From an uncultured cyanobacterium (GTDB lineage Bacteria > Cyanobacteriota > Cyanobacteriia > Cyanobacteriales > Cyanobacteriaceae): DNA of 64,000 nt. The first letter of the stretch is position 1, and each line of letters starts with the position of its first letter. Below are positions 1 to 9,922 of this stretch, piece by piece. A model generated the notes under the pieces. It did not search any database. It was not told the origin of the DNA and saw only the letters and a list, made by a program, of their open reading frames with translations. The stretch is from assembly GCA_963749915.1 (NCBI GenBank), contig CAVVOP010000005.1:64001-128000 (forward strand), read 5' to 3'. A program made the translations under genes and the position numbers.

Positions 1-145
1 GATTAATTTCTGCTAATACTGGGGGTGAAAGAAAGTCGGTTACTACTAATTCCCATATTTTGATTGCTTTTTCTGCTTTATCAAAAATATGGGCAATTTC
101 TTCTTTATTTTCTACTCTTTTTAATAATTCTTCTCTAGGTAACAT
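1..145 (-). CDS. Photosystem II S4-domain / YlmH-like RNA-binding protein (5' part only; continues off the window)
   Basis: Own translation from ATG at 145: MLPREELLKRVENKEEIAHIFDKAEKAIKIWELVVTDFLSPP, the typical N-terminus of the cyanobacterial Sll1252/YlmH family; not in ORF track. Confidence 0.8.
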   Translation of the reverse strand, partial: MLPREELLKRVENKEEIAHIFDKAEKAIKIWELVVTDFLSPPVLAEIN

Positions 146-181
146 AATTATCTATTAAACTTAATTCAGGTAATTACATTA

Positions 182-285
182 TATAGCAATCTTAAATCGG
201 TTTTAATATTTGACCTTCTTAAATCACAAAAAAAGGGAGATTAATGTCTGAAAAATATCATCATAAATTAAATAGGGTTGCCATA
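182..285. mobile_element. Degenerate MITE-like intergenic element
   Basis: Imperfect terminal inverted repeats TATAGCAATCTTAAAT ... AAATAGGGTTGCCATA, resembling common cyanobacterial TATAGCAATCC-ended MITEs. Confidence 0.4.
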
Positions 286-331
286 GCTTTTCTTGATCTC
301 TAGTAATGAATCATTGACAATTAATTTACCT

Positions 332-1414
332 TTAATTATCCTCGTTTAAATTATCCTCATTTTCAGGAAGAATAGCCATAGAGGAGTCCATAGGAGATCG
401 CAAATCATCAGCAATTTTTTTGATAACGCTAGCTAAAGGCACAGCTAAAAAGATACCTAATAACCCTCCTAATTTTGCACCGATAAAGAGAGAAATAATT
501 AACCAAATAGGATTTAAACCGATTAATTCTCCCATAAAACGAGGAGCAATAACGTTATCAGTAATTTGATCAATAATAGTAGAAGAAATGAAAAATAAAA
601 GAGCTAATTGGCCACTTTTAAAGATTAATAATAAAGTGCCTAAAAGAGTAAATAATCCTCCTATAAAAGGAATTAAACTTGCGATCCCAATGCCAAAAGC
701 AAATAGAATAGCTGAAGGAACGCCTAGGATAACAAAAACAATTCCTCTGGCAATACTAGCAAAACCAACTAAGATTAAACGACTAAAAAAATAATCCTTA
801 AAGGTTTGAGTGAAATAGTCAGGTACTTTATTATTCCATGGTTTAGGAAGCCAACCAAAAATTCCTTCCCAAAATTTGTCACCACCAATAAGTAAAAAGA
901 CGGTTAAAATTAAGATAAGTAAAACACTAAAAATACTATTAACAGTAGTAAATAGGATACTAATAGTTTGAGAACCAATAGTTTTTATAATCTCAGAAAT
1001 TTGACCGGTAATTTGTTGGATTATAGAATCAATATTTATAGAAAATCTCTTGAAAAGAGGTGTTTTCGATGATATATATTCGTTAGCTTGTTCAATCCAT
1101 TTGGGAAGATTAATTAAAAGTTCATCTAATTGTTGAATCAGAATAGGAACTAAGATAAAAGTGATTATCGTTGAAATAATTAAAGCTAATAATAAAACAA
1201 TTGTAATGGCTAATGCTCGTTCTACTCCTTTATTTACTAATAATTTAATTAATAATTCTAATAAAAAAGCGATAATGCTGGCAATAATTAAAAAACTAAT
1301 AAATGGTTGAAGATAGTCAAGTAAAAAAGCTAATAAAACCCCATTTAAACAAAGTATTGGAAAAAGAAAACTTAATTTTAACCAACGAGGAACATTTGAT
1401 AATATTTCTAACAT
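332..1414 (-). CDS. AI-2E (PerM/UPF0118) family transporter
   Basis: Multi-TM protein with IPFIG and 'PRFMGELIGLNP...GGLLGIFLAVP' C-terminal signature. Confidence 0.85.
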   Translation of the reverse strand: MLEILSNVPRWLKLSFLFPILCLNGVLLAFLLDYLQPFISFLIIASIIAFLLELLIKLLVNKGVERALAITIVLLLALIISTIITFILVPILIQQLDELLINLPKWIEQANEYISSKTPLFKRFSINIDSIIQQITGQISEIIKTIGSQTISILFTTVNSIFSVLLILILTVFLLIGGDKFWEGIFGWLPKPWNNKVPDYFTQTFKDYFFSRLILVGFASIARGIVFVILGVPSAILFAFGIGIASLIPFIGGLFTLLGTLLLIFKSGQLALLFFISSTIIDQITDNVIAPRFMGELIGLNPIWLIISLFIGAKLGGLLGIFLAVPLASVIKKIADDLRSPMDSSMAILPENEDNLNEDN

Positions 1415-1427
1415 AAATAATAGTAAA

Positions 1428-1626
1428 TAGTGTACTGCGCACTGTTAATAATGAGAAGTAAAAAGTGGATGTATCAGGGTATTTATAAAAAAATAGTAGT
1501 GATTTACCAATGGTGGCTTGGTAATTGCAGCCCCAAAAATCACTACTTGTAACTAACGGCTATTTTGATTTCCCAAAGCTTTTAAATCAATGTTTGATCC
1601 CACATAGTTGCTTTGACAGACCACTA
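1428..1626. mobile_element. MITE remnant of the TAGTGGTCTGTCAA-ended family
   Basis: TTGACAGACCACTA at 1613-1626 is the exact reverse complement of the 14-bp end of the elements at 23868 and 58706; possible degenerate other end TAGTGTACTGCGCA at 1428. Confidence 0.45.
1487..1547 (-). terminator. Possible terminator hairpin downstream of the 1624-1956 gene
   Basis: 11-bp inverted repeat AGTAGTGATTT/AAATCACTACT followed on the minus strand by a T-run; loop is long. Confidence 0.35.
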
Positions 1627-1956
1627 TTGCCCTCGTCTTAATTTTAAGCCTTCTTGATATCCGCGATCGTAGTCAGAAGAGTCGCGAGGATTATCGTATC
1701 TTAAACCATTAATACCATCTTGACGACCTCGGTAAAATTCTTGCTGTGGGCTTACGGGGCGGTATCTTTCTTCTCTCGCTCTTTGGTTACTCCGAATAAT
1801 AGCACCTGTTCCCACTGCTGCACCGACTCCTAACATAAAATCTCCAAAACTGGCTTGGGCGGGTTTAATAGAAGTAGTAGCGCCAGTAATTAAAGCGGTG
1901 GTGATAACAGTGAGAGTTAAAGTTGTTGATTTCATAGATTTATTTAAGTTGTTCAT
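1624..1956 (-). CDS. Hypothetical secreted small protein
   Basis: Signal peptide ending PAQA, Gly-rich hydrophobic helix, YxRGxxDG/EG repeats. Confidence 0.7.
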   Translation of the reverse strand: MNNLNKSMKSTTLTLTVITTALITGATTSIKPAQASFGDFMLGVGAAVGTGAIIRSNQRAREERYRPVSPQQEFYRGRQDGINGLRYDNPRDSSDYDRGYQEGLKLRRGQ

Positions 1957-1987
1957 AAAAGAGTAAAATGCGATATATTTATAAATA

Positions 1988-2539
1988 TTAAGGACGTTCT
2001 TCTAACCAACCTTTAATCTCTAAATTAATAATTTTTGGTTGATTATCTATCAAGGCAAAACGAATTTTATCGGTGCTGAGGGAAAGATATTTTTTGCTAT
2101 CTTCAGTGGTAATATTTCTGGCTCTAATTCTAGTTACTGTAGCCATTTGACCATCTTCAGTAATTTTAGTAGTCATATAAGACTCAATATCTTCTTTTTC
2201 GGCAACACTATCAAAGCTATTTTTCAAAAAATCTTCATGACTCTGTTTTCCTTCAATCATTTTAGTTACGGTGGTTTCACCGGATTCTACCGTCACGGAA
2301 GATAAAATATAAGGGGATAAAAATACCATAAGTTCCTCGACATTTTCTTCTTTTTCCGCTTTTTCGATAGATGCCATAACTGCACCAATAGCTTCTTCGG
2401 TTAACTCGGTGGTTTTTTGTACTGTTAAGACAGGTTGTAATCCATTGATAGGCTCTGCTTTTACCCTATTGGCTACCATGACGATTTGACTGGTAATCAA
2501 ACTGGCAATAATTAGATTGGTTAGGCTATGTTTTTTCAC
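1988..2539 (-). CDS. Hypothetical secreted protein, possibly NTF2/SnoaL-like fold
   Basis: GTG start, signal peptide (VKA), alpha-then-beta pattern. Confidence 0.6.
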   Translation of the reverse strand: MKKHSLTNLIIASLITSQIVMVANRVKAEPINGLQPVLTVQKTTELTEEAIGAVMASIEKAEKEENVEELMVFLSPYILSSVTVESGETTVTKMIEGKQSHEDFLKNSFDSVAEKEDIESYMTTKITEDGQMATVTRIRARNITTEDSKKYLSLSTDKIRFALIDNQPKIINLEIKGWLEERP

Positions 2540-2722
2540 TTTTTTATTCCCGTTTTATAATTAGTTAATAAATTTTCACCGACAATTATATACTCAGATT
2601 TTGTACCCAAGGCATAAATCTTTGTTAAGGGAAAGGAATAGGGAGCATTGATTATTTATATTGGTTGATTAGTTAATAGCAGATTATGAGAAAATAAAAA
2701 TAATGTTAGCATTATAAATAAA

Positions 2723-4411
2723 ATGACAGAAAATTGGAAAAGTAAAGCCATTACTCAAGGGATACAACGATCGCCTAATCGTGCTATGCTTAGAGCCGTT
2801 GGTTTTAGAGATAATGATTTTACCAAGCCCATTGTCGGGGTTGCTAATGGTTACAGTACTATAACTCCCTGCAACATGGGCTTAAATGAATTAGCCTTAA
2901 AAGCTGAAGCCAGTCTCAAAAAGGCTGGAGCAATGCCCCAAATGTTCGGTACCATAACCATTAGTGATGGTATTTCTATGGGGACAGAAGGCATGAAATA
3001 CTCTTTGGTTTCGAGAGATGTCATTGCTGACTCCATTGAGACTGTTTGCACTGGTCAAAGTATGGATGGAGTTATTGCCATCGGTGGTTGTGATAAAAAT
3101 ATGCCCGGTGCTATGATTGCCATCGCACGCATGAATATTCCCGGTATTTTCGTTTATGGTGGTACAATTAAACCCGGTCATTATAACGGCCAAGATTTAA
3201 CGGTAGTTAGTGCTTTTGAAGCCGTTGGGCAATATAGTGCTGGAAAAATTGACGAAACAGAATTAACAGCTATTGAGAAAAATGCTTGTCCAGGGGCTGG
3301 TTCCTGTGGCGGAATGTTTACTGCTAACACTATGTCGTCAGCCTTTGAAGCGATGGGGATGAGTTTGCCTTATTCTTCGACCATGGCGGCCGAAGATGCG
3401 GAAAAAGTGGAAAGTACCGAAAAATCCGCACAAGTTTTAGTAGAGGCTATCCGTCAACAAATTTTACCGAGTCAAATCCTCACTCGTAAAGCCTTCGAAA
3501 ATGCTATCTCCGTGGTTATGGCTGTAGGTGGTTCTACTAATGCAGTGTTGCACTTACTGGCGATCGCCAATACCATCGGCGTAGAATTAACCCTTGATGA
3601 CTTTGAAAACATCCGTCAAAGAGTGCCTGTTATCTGTGACTTAAAACCCTCTGGGCGTTATGTTACCGTAGATTTGCACAAAGCTGGGGGTATTCCCCAA
3701 GTCATGAAAATGTTGTTAGTTAACGGTTTATTACATGGTGATGGGTTAACAATCACGGGAAAAACCATTGCCGAAGTATTGGCAGACATTCCCGAAAATC
3801 CCCCTACAAATCAAGATGTAATTCGTCAGTGGGATAACCCTCTATATAAAGAAGGACATTTAGCCATTCTTAAGGGTAACTTAGCCAGTGAAGGATCCGT
3901 CGCCAAAATTAGTGGCGTTAAAACCCCGAAAATGACCGGCCCAGCAAAGGTTTTTGAATCCGAGGAAGAGTGTTTATCAGCTATTTTAGACGGTAAAATT
4001 CAAGCAGGAGATGTGGTAATAGTACGTTATGAAGGTCCTGTGGGTGGTCCGGGTATGCGTGAAATGTTAGCCCCCACGTCCGCCATAATTGGTGCAGGTT
4101 TAGGAGATAAAATCGGTTTAATTACCGATGGACGTTTCTCCGGTGGCACTTATGGGTTAGTAGTTGGTCATGTTGCACCAGAAGCCGCCGTTGGCGGGAA
4201 TATTGCCCTCGTCAAAGAAGGTGATAGTATTACAATTGATGCTCACGAAAAACTATTACAAATCAACGTCTCTGAGGAAGAATTAACCCGTCGCCGTCAA
4301 CAATGGCAACCACCTCAACCTCGCTACCGTCGAGGGGTTTTAGGTAAATATGCAAAACTAGTATCTTCTAGTAGTTTGGGTGCTGTAACCGATTTAAACC
4401 TGTTCCCTTAG
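2723..4411 (+). CDS. ilvD: Dihydroxy-acid dehydratase
   Basis: [25 protein letters not shown] and TDGRFSGG motifs. Confidence 0.97.
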   Translation: MTENWKSKAITQGIQRSPNRAMLRAVGFRDNDFTKPIVGVANGYSTITPCNMGLNELALKAEASLKKAGAMPQMFGTITISDGISMGTEGMKYSLVSRDVIADSIETVCTGQSMDGVIAIGGCDKNMPGAMIAIARMNIPGIFVYGGTIKPGHYNGQDLTVVSAFEAVGQYSAGKIDETELTAIEKNACPGAGSCGGMFTANTMSSAFEAMGMSLPYSSTMAAEDAEKVESTEKSAQVLVEAIRQQILPSQILTRKAFENAISVVMAVGGSTNAVLHLLAIANTIGVELTLDDFENIRQRVPVICDLKPSGRYVTVDLHKAGGIPQVMKMLLVNGLLHGDGLTITGKTIAEVLADIPENPPTNQDVIRQWDNPLYKEGHLAILKGNLASEGSVAKISGVKTPKMTGPAKVFESEEECLSAILDGKIQAGDVVIVRYEGPVGGPGMREMLAPTSAIIGAGLGDKIGLITDGRFSGGTYGLVVGHVAPEAAVGGNIALVKEGDSITIDAHEKLLQINVSEEELTRRRQQWQPPQPRYRRGVLGKYAKLVSSSSLGAVTDLNLFP

Positions 4412-4503
4412 GCGACGAAGTAATAAGTAATAAGTGATAAGTAATAAGTAATAAGTAATAAGTTAGTAATATATAACTTCAGATTTTGAGCCCAAAATCT
4501 TAC
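4412..4503 (+). repeat. Dispersed repeat with (AAGTAAT)n heptamers and an AGATTTTG-AGCC-CAAAATCT palindrome (copy 1)
   Basis: Matches the reverse complement of 7098-7159. Confidence 0.8.
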
Positions 4504-4679
4504 TCTGAAAGAAACTCAGAACTATACCCTCCCATCGCAGTATTGCCCCGCAATCTGCATAACTTTAGTGAATAATTAAATCCTCATTCCTTAACCTCAG
4601 AGTCTTCCTTGCATCTTGGCAAAAGATTTTTTCTATCTTGGTTCAGTAACAGAAAAAAAGTTAAAAAGTATATAATTAC

Positions 4680-5111
4680 ATGACCAAACATAAAAAATAT
4701 TATTACTTATTATTACTTGTTATTACTATTAATTTTAGCTTATCTGGATGTTTCGATGCTAAAGTATCTAATTGTCGTAAAATTATCGATATTAGTACGC
4801 AATTATCAGAAATTACTCAAACTAATTTAGCCACAAAAGACAAGGACAAAATATTAGAAATAGCTGACGATTTTGACAAATCATCACAACAAATATTAGA
4901 GAAAAAAATTAAAGATCAACAATTAAAAGAATATAGCCAAAAATTAGCCATAATCTACCAAAATTATGGAAGAATAACCCGTAGTTTTGTCGATGCTTTT
5001 CAAAACAAAGATACTGAAAAAGCTATTATTTATAAAGAGGAAGTTACCAAATTATCTCAAGAGCAAGAAAATTTAGTTAATAGTATTAATAACTATTGTC
5101 AGCAAAATTAA
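4680..5111 (+). CDS. Hypothetical lipoprotein
   Basis: Signal peptide with LSGC lipobox; helical body. Confidence 0.7.
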   Translation: MTKHKKYYYLLLLVITINFSLSGCFDAKVSNCRKIIDISTQLSEITQTNLATKDKDKILEIADDFDKSSQQILEKKIKDQQLKEYSQKLAIIYQNYGRITRSFVDAFQNKDTEKAIIYKEEVTKLSQEQENLVNSINNYCQQN

Positions 5112-5126
5112 TAACAATGTGATTGT

Positions 5127-6656
5127 ATGAATTTTATTTTACCCGAAGATGTCCAAAAAAGATTATTGATCGCCGATCAAATGTGGTATAACCTACGCCA
5201 TGATCAACCTAGTATTAAGTCGGTAATTAGCACCATTAAAGAAACAATTATCGATGTTGATTTTGATGTAATTATTTGTGGAGGCACGTTAGGAATATTT
5301 TTAGCCACAACTTTACAAAAAAAAGGATATAAAATCGCCGTCATTGAGAAAGGAATTTTACAAGGTAGAGATCAAGAATGGAATATATCGCACCATGAGT
5401 TAAACTGTTTATTAGAATTAGAATTACTTAGTCCCTCAGAATTAGAAACCATTATTTTTAGTGAATATAATCCTGGTAGAGTTAGTTTTTATCAAGGTTA
5501 TGAGTTGTGGGTTAAAGATGTTCTAAATGTGGGGGTTAGCCCAAAAACATTAATAGCTAAAATTAAAGAAAAGTTTTTAGAATTGGGAGGAGTTATTTTT
5601 GAAAATACCACTTTTAATAATGCAATTATTACCGAAAATGGAGTAATAGTAAAAACAGATAAACAGGAATTAAAAACCAGACTCTTAATTGATAGTATGG
5701 GGCATTTTTCCCCGATTATTAAACAAGTAAGAAAAGGAGAAAAACCTGAAGGAGTTTGTTTAGTTGCGGGTAGTTGTGGTGAAGGATTTACTAACAATGA
5801 AACGGGAGATTTAATTGTCTCCTTCACTCCTATTCAACATCAATGTCAATATTTTTGGGAAGCGTTTCCAGCTAAAGATGGACGCACCACTTATTTATTT
5901 ACTTATCTCGATGCTCATCCCGATAGAATTAGTTTAACAGAGTTTATGAATGAATATCTGCGGCTATTGCCAGAATATCAACAAATAGACTTAGAAACTA
6001 TCAATTTTCGGCGTTTTTTATTCGGATTCTTCCCCGCCTATCGTCAAAGTCCCGTTAAAATTACTTGGGATAGAATATTAGCTGTGGGTGATAGTAGTGG
6101 TAGTCAATCCCCCGTGAGTTTTGGCGGTTTTGGTGCGATGATGCGTCATTTGACCCGCTTAACCAAAGCCATCCACTCTGCCTTACAATGGGATAGTCTC
6201 ACAGCGAAAGATTTAGGCTTAATTCAACCCTATCAACCAAATATCTCCGTTACATGGCTATTTCAGAAAACCATGAGTGTTGGCATCGATACCCGTGCAA
6301 ATCCCAACCAGATCAATGACTTGATGAGTGGCGTTTTTCAGGTGATGGATAAACTGGGGGATGATGTCTTAAAACCATTTTTACAGGATGTAGTGCAATT
6401 TTCAGGCTTAACAAAAACCCTCCCCCTCGTCAATCCTAAATTAGTGTTACCTTTATTACCCCAAGTCGGCTTGCCGATTTTTCTTGACTGGTTAAAACAC
6501 TACGCCAACTTAGGCATTTATAGCGGTTTATATCCCCTTGCCAAATCTTTACAACCTCTTACGAAAAACCTTACCCCTCAACAAAAATATTATTATCATC
6601 GTTGGTTAGATATGTGGCAATATGGTTCAGGAAATGATTTTAAGGACGAAAAATGA
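5127..6656 (+). CDS. cruP: FAD-dependent oxidoreductase, CruA/CruP lycopene-cyclase family (CruP-like)
   Basis: GGTLG Rossmann motif, GRDQEWNIS, QYFWEAFP, QSPVSFGGFG; ~510 aa fits CruP rather than the longer CruA. Confidence 0.7.
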   Translation: MNFILPEDVQKRLLIADQMWYNLRHDQPSIKSVISTIKETIIDVDFDVIICGGTLGIFLATTLQKKGYKIAVIEKGILQGRDQEWNISHHELNCLLELELLSPSELETIIFSEYNPGRVSFYQGYELWVKDVLNVGVSPKTLIAKIKEKFLELGGVIFENTTFNNAIITENGVIVKTDKQELKTRLLIDSMGHFSPIIKQVRKGEKPEGVCLVAGSCGEGFTNNETGDLIVSFTPIQHQCQYFWEAFPAKDGRTTYLFTYLDAHPDRISLTEFMNEYLRLLPEYQQIDLETINFRRFLFGFFPAYRQSPVKITWDRILAVGDSSGSQSPVSFGGFGAMMRHLTRLTKAIHSALQWDSLTAKDLGLIQPYQPNISVTWLFQKTMSVGIDTRANPNQINDLMSGVFQVMDKLGDDVLKPFLQDVVQFSGLTKTLPLVNPKLVLPLLPQVGLPIFLDWLKHYANLGIYSGLYPLAKSLQPLTKNLTPQQKYYYHRWLDMWQYGSGNDFKDEK

Positions 6657-6726
6657 ACCTTATAAATACTAGAGGTCTCTTAGTCTTATTGAAATCGCAG
6701 TCGGCAGAAAAAAGGAGTAATAACTT

Positions 6727-7019
6727 ATGATCAAGAAAAAAAGTCTGATATTTATTCTTCTGGCAATACTGGGATTTCCCCAAATTGCATTCGCACAAAG
6801 CCTGATTAAAACTAGTACTCTTCTCAACAATAGTGATTCAGTTGAGATAACTGAAGATAATTTGCTCTTAACTCAACGTAATCGATCGCAGAATCTAATC
6901 GAAATAATGTACGAAGAACTCAAAGAGTAATTATTGATCGAGGAAATTCTCTAAAGGGTAGAAATTACTATGGTGATTTTTACAATCCTGATTTTTATCA
7001 AGGTGGCTATTATGATTAA
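6727..7019 (+). pseudogene. Small secreted protein, probably frameshifted
   Basis: SD (GGAG) and signal peptide (AFA); frame stops at 6930 but the -1 frame 6882-7019 continues with a Tyr/Gly/Arg-rich tail. Confidence 0.4.
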
Positions 7020-7097
7020 CCTGTAAATTATTTGGTAGTGCCCCAGATGTAAGGATAATGGATCGAGAAAGTGATAGTTTCATAGCCTAATATCCTT

Positions 7098-7159
7098 GTA
7101 AGATTTTGGGCTTAAAATCTCAAGTTATATGTTACTAACTTATTACTTGTTACTTCGTC
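7098..7159 (-). repeat. Dispersed repeat (copy 2, inverted, fewer heptamers)
   Basis: Reverse complement GACGAAGTAACAAGTAATAAGTTAGTAACATATAACTTGAGATTTTAAGCCCAAAATCTTAC aligns to 4414-4503. Confidence 0.8.
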
Positions 7160-7318
7160 CTAACGACAACGTTTTCGGCACGCTTCCGAGAAGTATTGGT
7201 TAAGAAATAACATTTTAAACCCCTGAAATGCTTGTATTATAGAGGTTTCATTTATCGGCATTTGCACAGGGCTTCTTTGTATTATACACATATTTTAACT
7301 TCTTACATAATAGGTACT

Positions 7319-9814
7319 ATGTTTACCCTTAGAATTAAATCATTATTATTGATTTGTCTTACTATCAGTTTTGGCACGGTTGCCTTGCCTCTAAAAGCCG
7401 CTGAAAAAATTAATTTTGTCTATGGTCCATTAAAACTTTCTTTATCGATAGAATCATTGAAAACATTTGTCGAAACAGGAGAAATTACCGGAAATTTAAA
7501 GGATTATCAGGCATTTATTGATGAAAAAACATTTGAGCAAATACGTAGTTTTTTAGCAAAATCCTATGATATAAACCAAGTCAATCTTTATAAAATCAGC
7601 CGCACTTCTCTTGCCCAAGACTTATTACAACAATTAGGTAAAGTAGTTTCCACCCACAGTCAACGTAATGGTTTTTATGCCATCAGAGGTGCTGTTTTAA
7701 CCACCGCAGGGAAATATGATTCTTGGACAATAGTGGATGTATTGAGGGAATTTCCTACTCCTGAAATTTACATTAGTTTGGAAGCATTACTGCAATTACA
7801 AGACGAAATCCTCTTCTATGAGAATTATAAAGAAGCCTCGGAAAAAGCGATCGCCATTCAAGCAAATCAACAGGCAGAAACGGAGAAGAATCCTAATCTT
7901 GAGCAATTAGCCGATTTAAGAAATAAAGGTAAATATACTTTTGAGAAAAAGACAATTACTTTAAAACGCGATGAATATCGTCAAACTCAAGATGGTTTCG
8001 TGAACGAATATAGTTTTGATGTGGATTTTTATATTCCCAATAACCTCAATCAATCAGCACCTGTAGTTTTAATCTCCCACGGATTTGGCTCAGTTAGGCA
8101 AAATTTTATTAGTTTAGGCGAACATTTAGCATCCTATGGCTTTATTGTGGGAATACCCGAACATGTTGGTAGCAATTTAGGTTATCGGCAAGAATTACTA
8201 GAAGGTAATCTTAGTAGTGCATTAAGCCCCATTGAATACCTCGATAGACCTAGAGATATGAGTTTTATTATCGATCAGCTAGAAAAATTAGTAGCAGAAA
8301 ATCCAGAATGGTCAAAAATACTTAATTTAGAACAAATTGGAGTGATTGGAGATTCCCTGGGAGGTACAACAGTTTTATCTTTAGCTGGAACACCTTTGAA
8401 CATAAACAGACTCAGACAAGAATGCCAACGAGAGAATGTCATTGTTAACACTGCATTGATTTTACAATGTCAGGCTAATAACCTACCTCCTGTTGAATAT
8501 AACTTAAAAGATTCTCGCATCAAAGCCATTATTTCAGCTCATCCTCTCAGTAGTGCTATTTTTGGTCCTGAAAGTATGGCCAAAATAGATATTCCCATTT
8601 TAATAACCGCTGGTAGTAATGACATTGTTACTCCAGTGATAACAGAACAAATATATCCATTTATGTGGTTAAAAAATGAGCAGAAGCATTTATTGTTTTA
8701 TCAACCTGGTACTCATTTTAGTTCTAGTCAACCTTCTGCGGAATATACTGCCGACTACATACCCGAATTTATTATCGGTAAAAATAGAGATATTACTAGT
8801 CGATATTTTCAGGGGATAGCTGTGGCTTTTATGGAAGCTTATTTACGAGAGAATAAAGACTATTCACCCTATCTTAGTGCCAGTTACGGTAATTTTATCA
8901 GTCAGAAAGATGAGCAACTAAATGTTAATCAAATTCAAAGATTAGATGAAGAAAATATCATTAGCGCTTATGGTGATAAAAAATTACCCATACAAATTAT
9001 ACCTGATTCTATAATAGCTAAAACTAGCTCAGAAAATCAAATTTCAATAGTAGAAGAAATTAAGGAAACAGGAATTTTGAAATTGGCTTATCCCAGAAAT
9101 ACTCAACCCTTTGGCTATTTGGAGGAGAATGGGGATTGGGGCGGTTTTTGTGCATTTTATGGGCAAAATTTAGCTAATTATTTAGAAAAAAAATTAGATT
9201 TAGATACCAAACTTAAAATTGTGGTTTTACCTTCTAATTTAAATAATCGTTTTGATTTAGTTGCTAATGGACAAGCACATTTAGAGTGCGGTGCGAATAC
9301 TATTGTCGAAAATAATACTCAGGTTAATTTTTCCTTCCCATTTTTTGTGACTGGTACTTATTTCTTAATTCCCAAAACAGCAGTTAATGACTTTAATCCC
9401 AATTTATCTTTAGCTCAATCTAAAATTGGCTTGTTAAAAGATACCAGTACAGCGTCTTTTTTTAAACAGAAATATCCTGAAGCACAAACAGCCTATTTTG
9501 AAGGTTTAGATGCCACTAAAGATGCGATCGCAGCACTAAAAAATCAAGAAATTAATGCCATTATTGATGACGGTATCTTATTGGAAAGTAAGTTAAATAA
9601 TGATCAATCTTTAGCTAATAACTATCAGATAGTACCCAAACTTCCTTTAGCCTGTGATTTTTATGGTTTATTACTACCAAAAAATGATCCCCAATGGAAT
9701 GATTTGGTCAATCAGTTTATTGATGAAGACTCTTCTATTGAGAAGTATTTTCCTCCTGAAACCTACACTAAATTACCTGAATATGTAAATTACTGCTTAA
9801 ATTATAATAAATAA
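7319..9814 (+). CDS. DUF1400 + alpha/beta hydrolase fused to a C-terminal family-3 amino-acid solute-binding domain
   Basis: Signal peptide then AEKINFVYGP (DUF1400), ISHGFGS, GDSLGG nucleophile elbow, GTHFS; C-terminal PFGY, NRFDLV, FSFPFFVTG, YGLLLP; ATG 7319 preferred over TTG 7232. Confidence 0.8.
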   Translation: MFTLRIKSLLLICLTISFGTVALPLKAAEKINFVYGPLKLSLSIESLKTFVETGEITGNLKDYQAFIDEKTFEQIRSFLAKSYDINQVNLYKISRTSLAQDLLQQLGKVVSTHSQRNGFYAIRGAVLTTAGKYDSWTIVDVLREFPTPEIYISLEALLQLQDEILFYENYKEASEKAIAIQANQQAETEKNPNLEQLADLRNKGKYTFEKKTITLKRDEYRQTQDGFVNEYSFDVDFYIPNNLNQSAPVVLISHGFGSVRQNFISLGEHLASYGFIVGIPEHVGSNLGYRQELLEGNLSSALSPIEYLDRPRDMSFIIDQLEKLVAENPEWSKILNLEQIGVIGDSLGGTTVLSLAGTPLNINRLRQECQRENVIVNTALILQCQANNLPPVEYNLKDSRIKAIISAHPLSSAIFGPESMAKIDIPILITAGSNDIVTPVITEQIYPFMWLKNEQKHLLFYQPGTHFSSSQPSAEYTADYIPEFIIGKNRDITSRYFQGIAVAFMEAYLRENKDYSPYLSASYGNFISQKDEQLNVNQIQRLDEENIISAYGDKKLPIQIIPDSIIAKTSSENQISIVEEIKETGILKLAYPRNTQPFGYLEENGDWGGFCAFYGQNLANYLEKKLDLDTKLKIVVLPSNLNNRFDLVANGQAHLECGANTIVENNTQVNFSFPFFVTGTYFLIPKTAVNDFNPNLSLAQSKIGLLKDTSTASFFKQKYPEAQTAYFEGLDATKDAIAALKNQEINAIIDDGILLESKLNNDQSLANNYQIVPKLPLACDFYGLLLPKNDPQWNDLVNQFIDEDSSIEKYFPPETYTKLPEYVNYCLNYNK
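9524..9531. repeat. HIP1 octamer GCGATCGC (representative; about 15 copies seen by eye, e.g. 11598, 20212, 23763, 37586, 62437)
   Basis: Recurrent GCGATCGC, a hallmark of cyanobacteria. Confidence 0.85.
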
Positions 9815-9922
9815 GCTAGATCATAATTTTAGCTTAAATGTCAAAAGCCTTGTATTCGGGATATAAATGCGGCAATTAATATATAAATAACTTTCAGTAG
9901 CTCATAAACATTTCTATTGGAT

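Noticed and set aside
4412..4470. Tandem repeats as a CRISPR array
   Set aside because: Contiguous heptamers with no spacers; no cas genes or repeat-spacer pattern seen anywhere in the window.
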